In this document: positions 26,733 through 28,375 of the stretch, piece by piece
Layout: every line of letters starts with the position of its first letter
How positions within the stretch are numbered: the stretch's first letter is position 1
NCBI GenBank assembly: GCA_028287725.1
Contig: JAQBPC010000392.1
Span: 1-28,375 of the forward strand
DNA from: Chloroflexota bacterium
Lineage (GTDB): Bacteria; Chloroflexota; UBA5177; JANWHV01
DNA: 28,375 nucleotides
Reading direction: 5' to 3'
Position numbers and translations under genes: made by a program
Notes under the pieces: model-generated
The model's database searches: none
What the model saw: only the letters and a program-made list of their open reading frames with translations
What the model was told of the DNA's origin: nothing

Positions 26733-26865
26733 ACGCATAAAGTTGCACGACCGGCAACTGCTCCGTTGTGGAGACGTCCGCCAAGCGCACGACAAGCGAT
26801 GCAGAGTATAAGTTGGCCACGGCAAGAAACAACTATTACTTGGCCACCGTGGCCCTAGGGATTCT
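26733..26865. repeat. Dispersed ~134-bp element, copy B
   Basis: See copy A at 15560-15693; same orientation. Confidence 0.85.
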
Positions 26866-26945
26866 TTAGTGACAGCCAACGCCCCTCTGGTCTCTCCCGC
26901 GTACGGTGTATACTGACTTTTAGGACCAACAGTATTGCGAAGGTC

Positions 26946-27044
26946 CGCCGCTAGGGGTGCGCATGTGCGCTGAGAGGTGGCTTTAAGCCATCAACCCTCT
27001 GAACCTGATCCGGTTAGTACCGGCGAAGGGAAGCCGCAACGGCG
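26946..27044 (+). ncRNA. TPP (thi-box) riboswitch
   Basis: TAGGGGTGC...GCTGAGA...AACCCT..GAACCTGATCCGGTTAGTACCGGCGAAGGGAAG. Confidence 0.95.
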
Positions 27045-27054
27045 CTTAAAGGGA

Positions 27055-27094
27055 AAGAGCCGCCGGCTCCCACTAACGGGAACCGGCGGCTCTT
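27055..27094 (+). terminator. Expression-platform hairpin of the TPP riboswitch
   Basis: AAGAGCCGCCGG (27055-27066) / CCGGCGGCTCTT (27083-27094) plus inner TCCC/GGGA; weak U-tract. Confidence 0.7.
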
Positions 27095-27143
27095 CGCGTT
27101 GTACCGGCACTATCCGTGCCTGTGCTGGAAGGAGCGCCTAGCC

Positions 27144-27287
27144 ATGGAGGACCCTCTCGCCGGTGCCGCTCCGGCGGCGTTCATGGGCTTGGAGCCATCT
27201 GTCGCCGACCGCGCAGCCGAGCCACTGCCAAGCCGAACACTGGCGGTTCACCGGGCCACACTGGAAAAGAGGCGGGACCGTGCATAG
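27144..27287 (+). CDS. Possible 47-aa ORF between the riboswitch and the ABC ATPase
   Basis: AAGGAG 9 nt upstream of ATG 27144; the stop overlaps the GTG of the ATPase by 8 nt. No recognisable family. Confidence 0.3.
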   Translation: MEDPLAGAAPAAFMGLEPSVADRAAEPLPSRTLAVHRATLEKRRDRA

Positions 27288-28080
27288 TCCGCTCGTCACC
27301 GTCGAACACGTAAGCCACGCCTTCGCGCGTGGCCGCGATCCCGCTATCCAGGCCTTGCAGGATGTGTCGTTTTCCGTGGAACAGGGCGAGTTCGTCAGCC
27401 TGGTCGGGCCCAGCGGTTGCGGGAAAAGCACCATGCTGCGACTGCTCGCCGGGCTGGATACGCCGTCATCCGGCTCCCTTCGGATCGAAGGTGCTACTCC
27501 AGGCCAACTGCTGGGCGCTGCCGGTTACATGCCGCAGCGCGACCTGCTGATGCCCTGGCGGAGCGTGCTCGATAACACCACCGTGGCCCTGGAGTTCGCC
27601 GGCGTCCCTCGCCAGGAGGCACGCGAGCGGGCCCGCGCCTTGCTGCCCATCTTTGGACTCGAGGGGTTCGAGCGAGCACACCCCGCGACGCTGTCCGGCG
27701 GTATGCGGCAGCGCGTCTCACTGCTCCGCACGGTGCTGGCCGGGCGGCGCCTGCTGCTGCTTGACGAGCCGTTCGGCGCCCTGGACGCAATCACCCGTAG
27801 CGACCTTCATGAGTGGCTCGCGGGCGTGCTGGCGAAGCTCGACGCCACGGTCATCTTGGTGACACACGATCTGGAGGAAGCCGCCTTCTTATCGGACCGT
27901 GTCTACGTGATGACCGATCGGCCCGGCCGCATCGCCGCCGCAATAGCGGTCCCCCTGCCTCGGCCCCGCTCGTACGAGCTCACCACCAGCCCTGCCTTCG
28001 GCGAGGTGCGGCGAGAGCTCATGACGGCACTGCGCGAGGCACGCCGTCCGCTCGCCACGGCCGCTAGGCTGGTGGGATGA
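27280..28080 (+). CDS. NitT/TauT-family ABC ATPase, probably ThiZ-like (thiamine precursor uptake)
   Basis: GPSGCGKST, LSGGMRQR, LLLLDEPFGALD, VTHD. GTG 27280 follows GAGG. The substrate is inferred from the TPP riboswitch. Confidence 0.92.
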   Translation: MHSPLVTVEHVSHAFARGRDPAIQALQDVSFSVEQGEFVSLVGPSGCGKSTMLRLLAGLDTPSSGSLRIEGATPGQLLGAAGYMPQRDLLMPWRSVLDNTTVALEFAGVPRQEARERARALLPIFGLEGFERAHPATLSGGMRQRVSLLRTVLAGRRLLLLDEPFGALDAITRSDLHEWLAGVLAKLDATVILVTHDLEEAAFLSDRVYVMTDRPGRIAAAIAVPLPRPRSYELTTSPAFGEVRRELMTALREARRPLATAARLVG

Positions 28081-28375
28081 TGAAAAGCCAGGCCCAACTT
28101 CAAGCTCCCGCCGTGGCACGCGCCGCGCAAGAGCTCACCGAGACGCCCGAGCGTGGCAATCTCGGGCGTGGACGCGGCAGGCGGCGCACCGCGGGCTGGC
28201 TGCTCTCGGCGCTGATCGTGGTGCTGCTGATCCTGGCCTGGCAAGCCGCCATCTGGATCGGACACCTGGAGTCGTTCGTGTTGCCAACCCCGCGCCAGGT
28301 GCTGGCCGTGTTTGGGCAAAGCGAGACCCGGTCGCTGATCCTCGATAATATCAGTCCCACGCAGACGGAAGCGAT
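28077..28375 (+). CDS. NitT/TauT-family ABC permease, probably ThiX-like; 3'-truncated and absent from the ORF track
   Basis: ATGA overlap; MMKSQ...GWLLSALIVVLLILAWQAAIWIGHLESFVLPTPRQVL (typical W...LP.P..V N-terminus); open to the window end. Confidence 0.85.
   Translation, partial: MMKSQAQLQAPAVARAAQELTETPERGNLGRGRGRRRTAGWLLSALIVVLLILAWQAAIWIGHLESFVLPTPRQVLAVFGQSETRSLILDNISPTQTEA

Noticed and set aside
1-28375. CRISPR arrays, tRNA/rRNA genes, transposases, integrases; numerous antisense and alternative-frame ORFs in the track
   Set aside because: No regularly spaced repeats, RNA gene signatures or recombinase motifs seen. The overlapping ORFs are shadows of the real GC-rich genes.

Overview
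GC-rich bacterial DNA. The style (sAC-like cyclase-NTPase-TPR genes, a Tat-type solute-binding protein without a lipobox, consensus sigma70 promoters) suggests a Chloroflexota-like soil lineage; this is inference only. Left to right: (1) the 3' part of a very large surface protein (His/Cys C25- or caspase-like domain, Ig-like domains, 3 MBG repeats, C-terminal PxKF domain); (2) two class III nucleotidyl cyclase-STAND NTPase-TPR genes flanking a polytopic membrane protein, an SRPBCC protein and a small membrane ORF; (3) a stand-alone two-gene unit with its own consensus promoter and a structured leader, encoding an orphan Hcp tube protein and a coiled-coil/Tat/lectin-like protein, with no other T6SS gene in the window; (4) a decayed zone with a receiver gene carrying an amber stop at its conserved Lys and a frameshifted small gene; (5) a LacI-controlled divergent sugar locus (CUT1 ABC transporter, GH2, LacI, Zn-dehydrogenase, Gfo/Idh/MocA) with two visible operators; (6) a TPP riboswitch ahead of a NitT/TauT-type ABC transporter. 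An unannotated ~134-bp element occurs twice, 11 kb apart (15560-15693 and 26733-26865, 103/134 identical by hand count). It carries TGGCCA palindromes and a possible W/P-rich micro-ORF. The orphan hcp unit and this dispersed element are the best candidates for something undescribed. All calls come from motif recognition and manual alignment; no searches were run.
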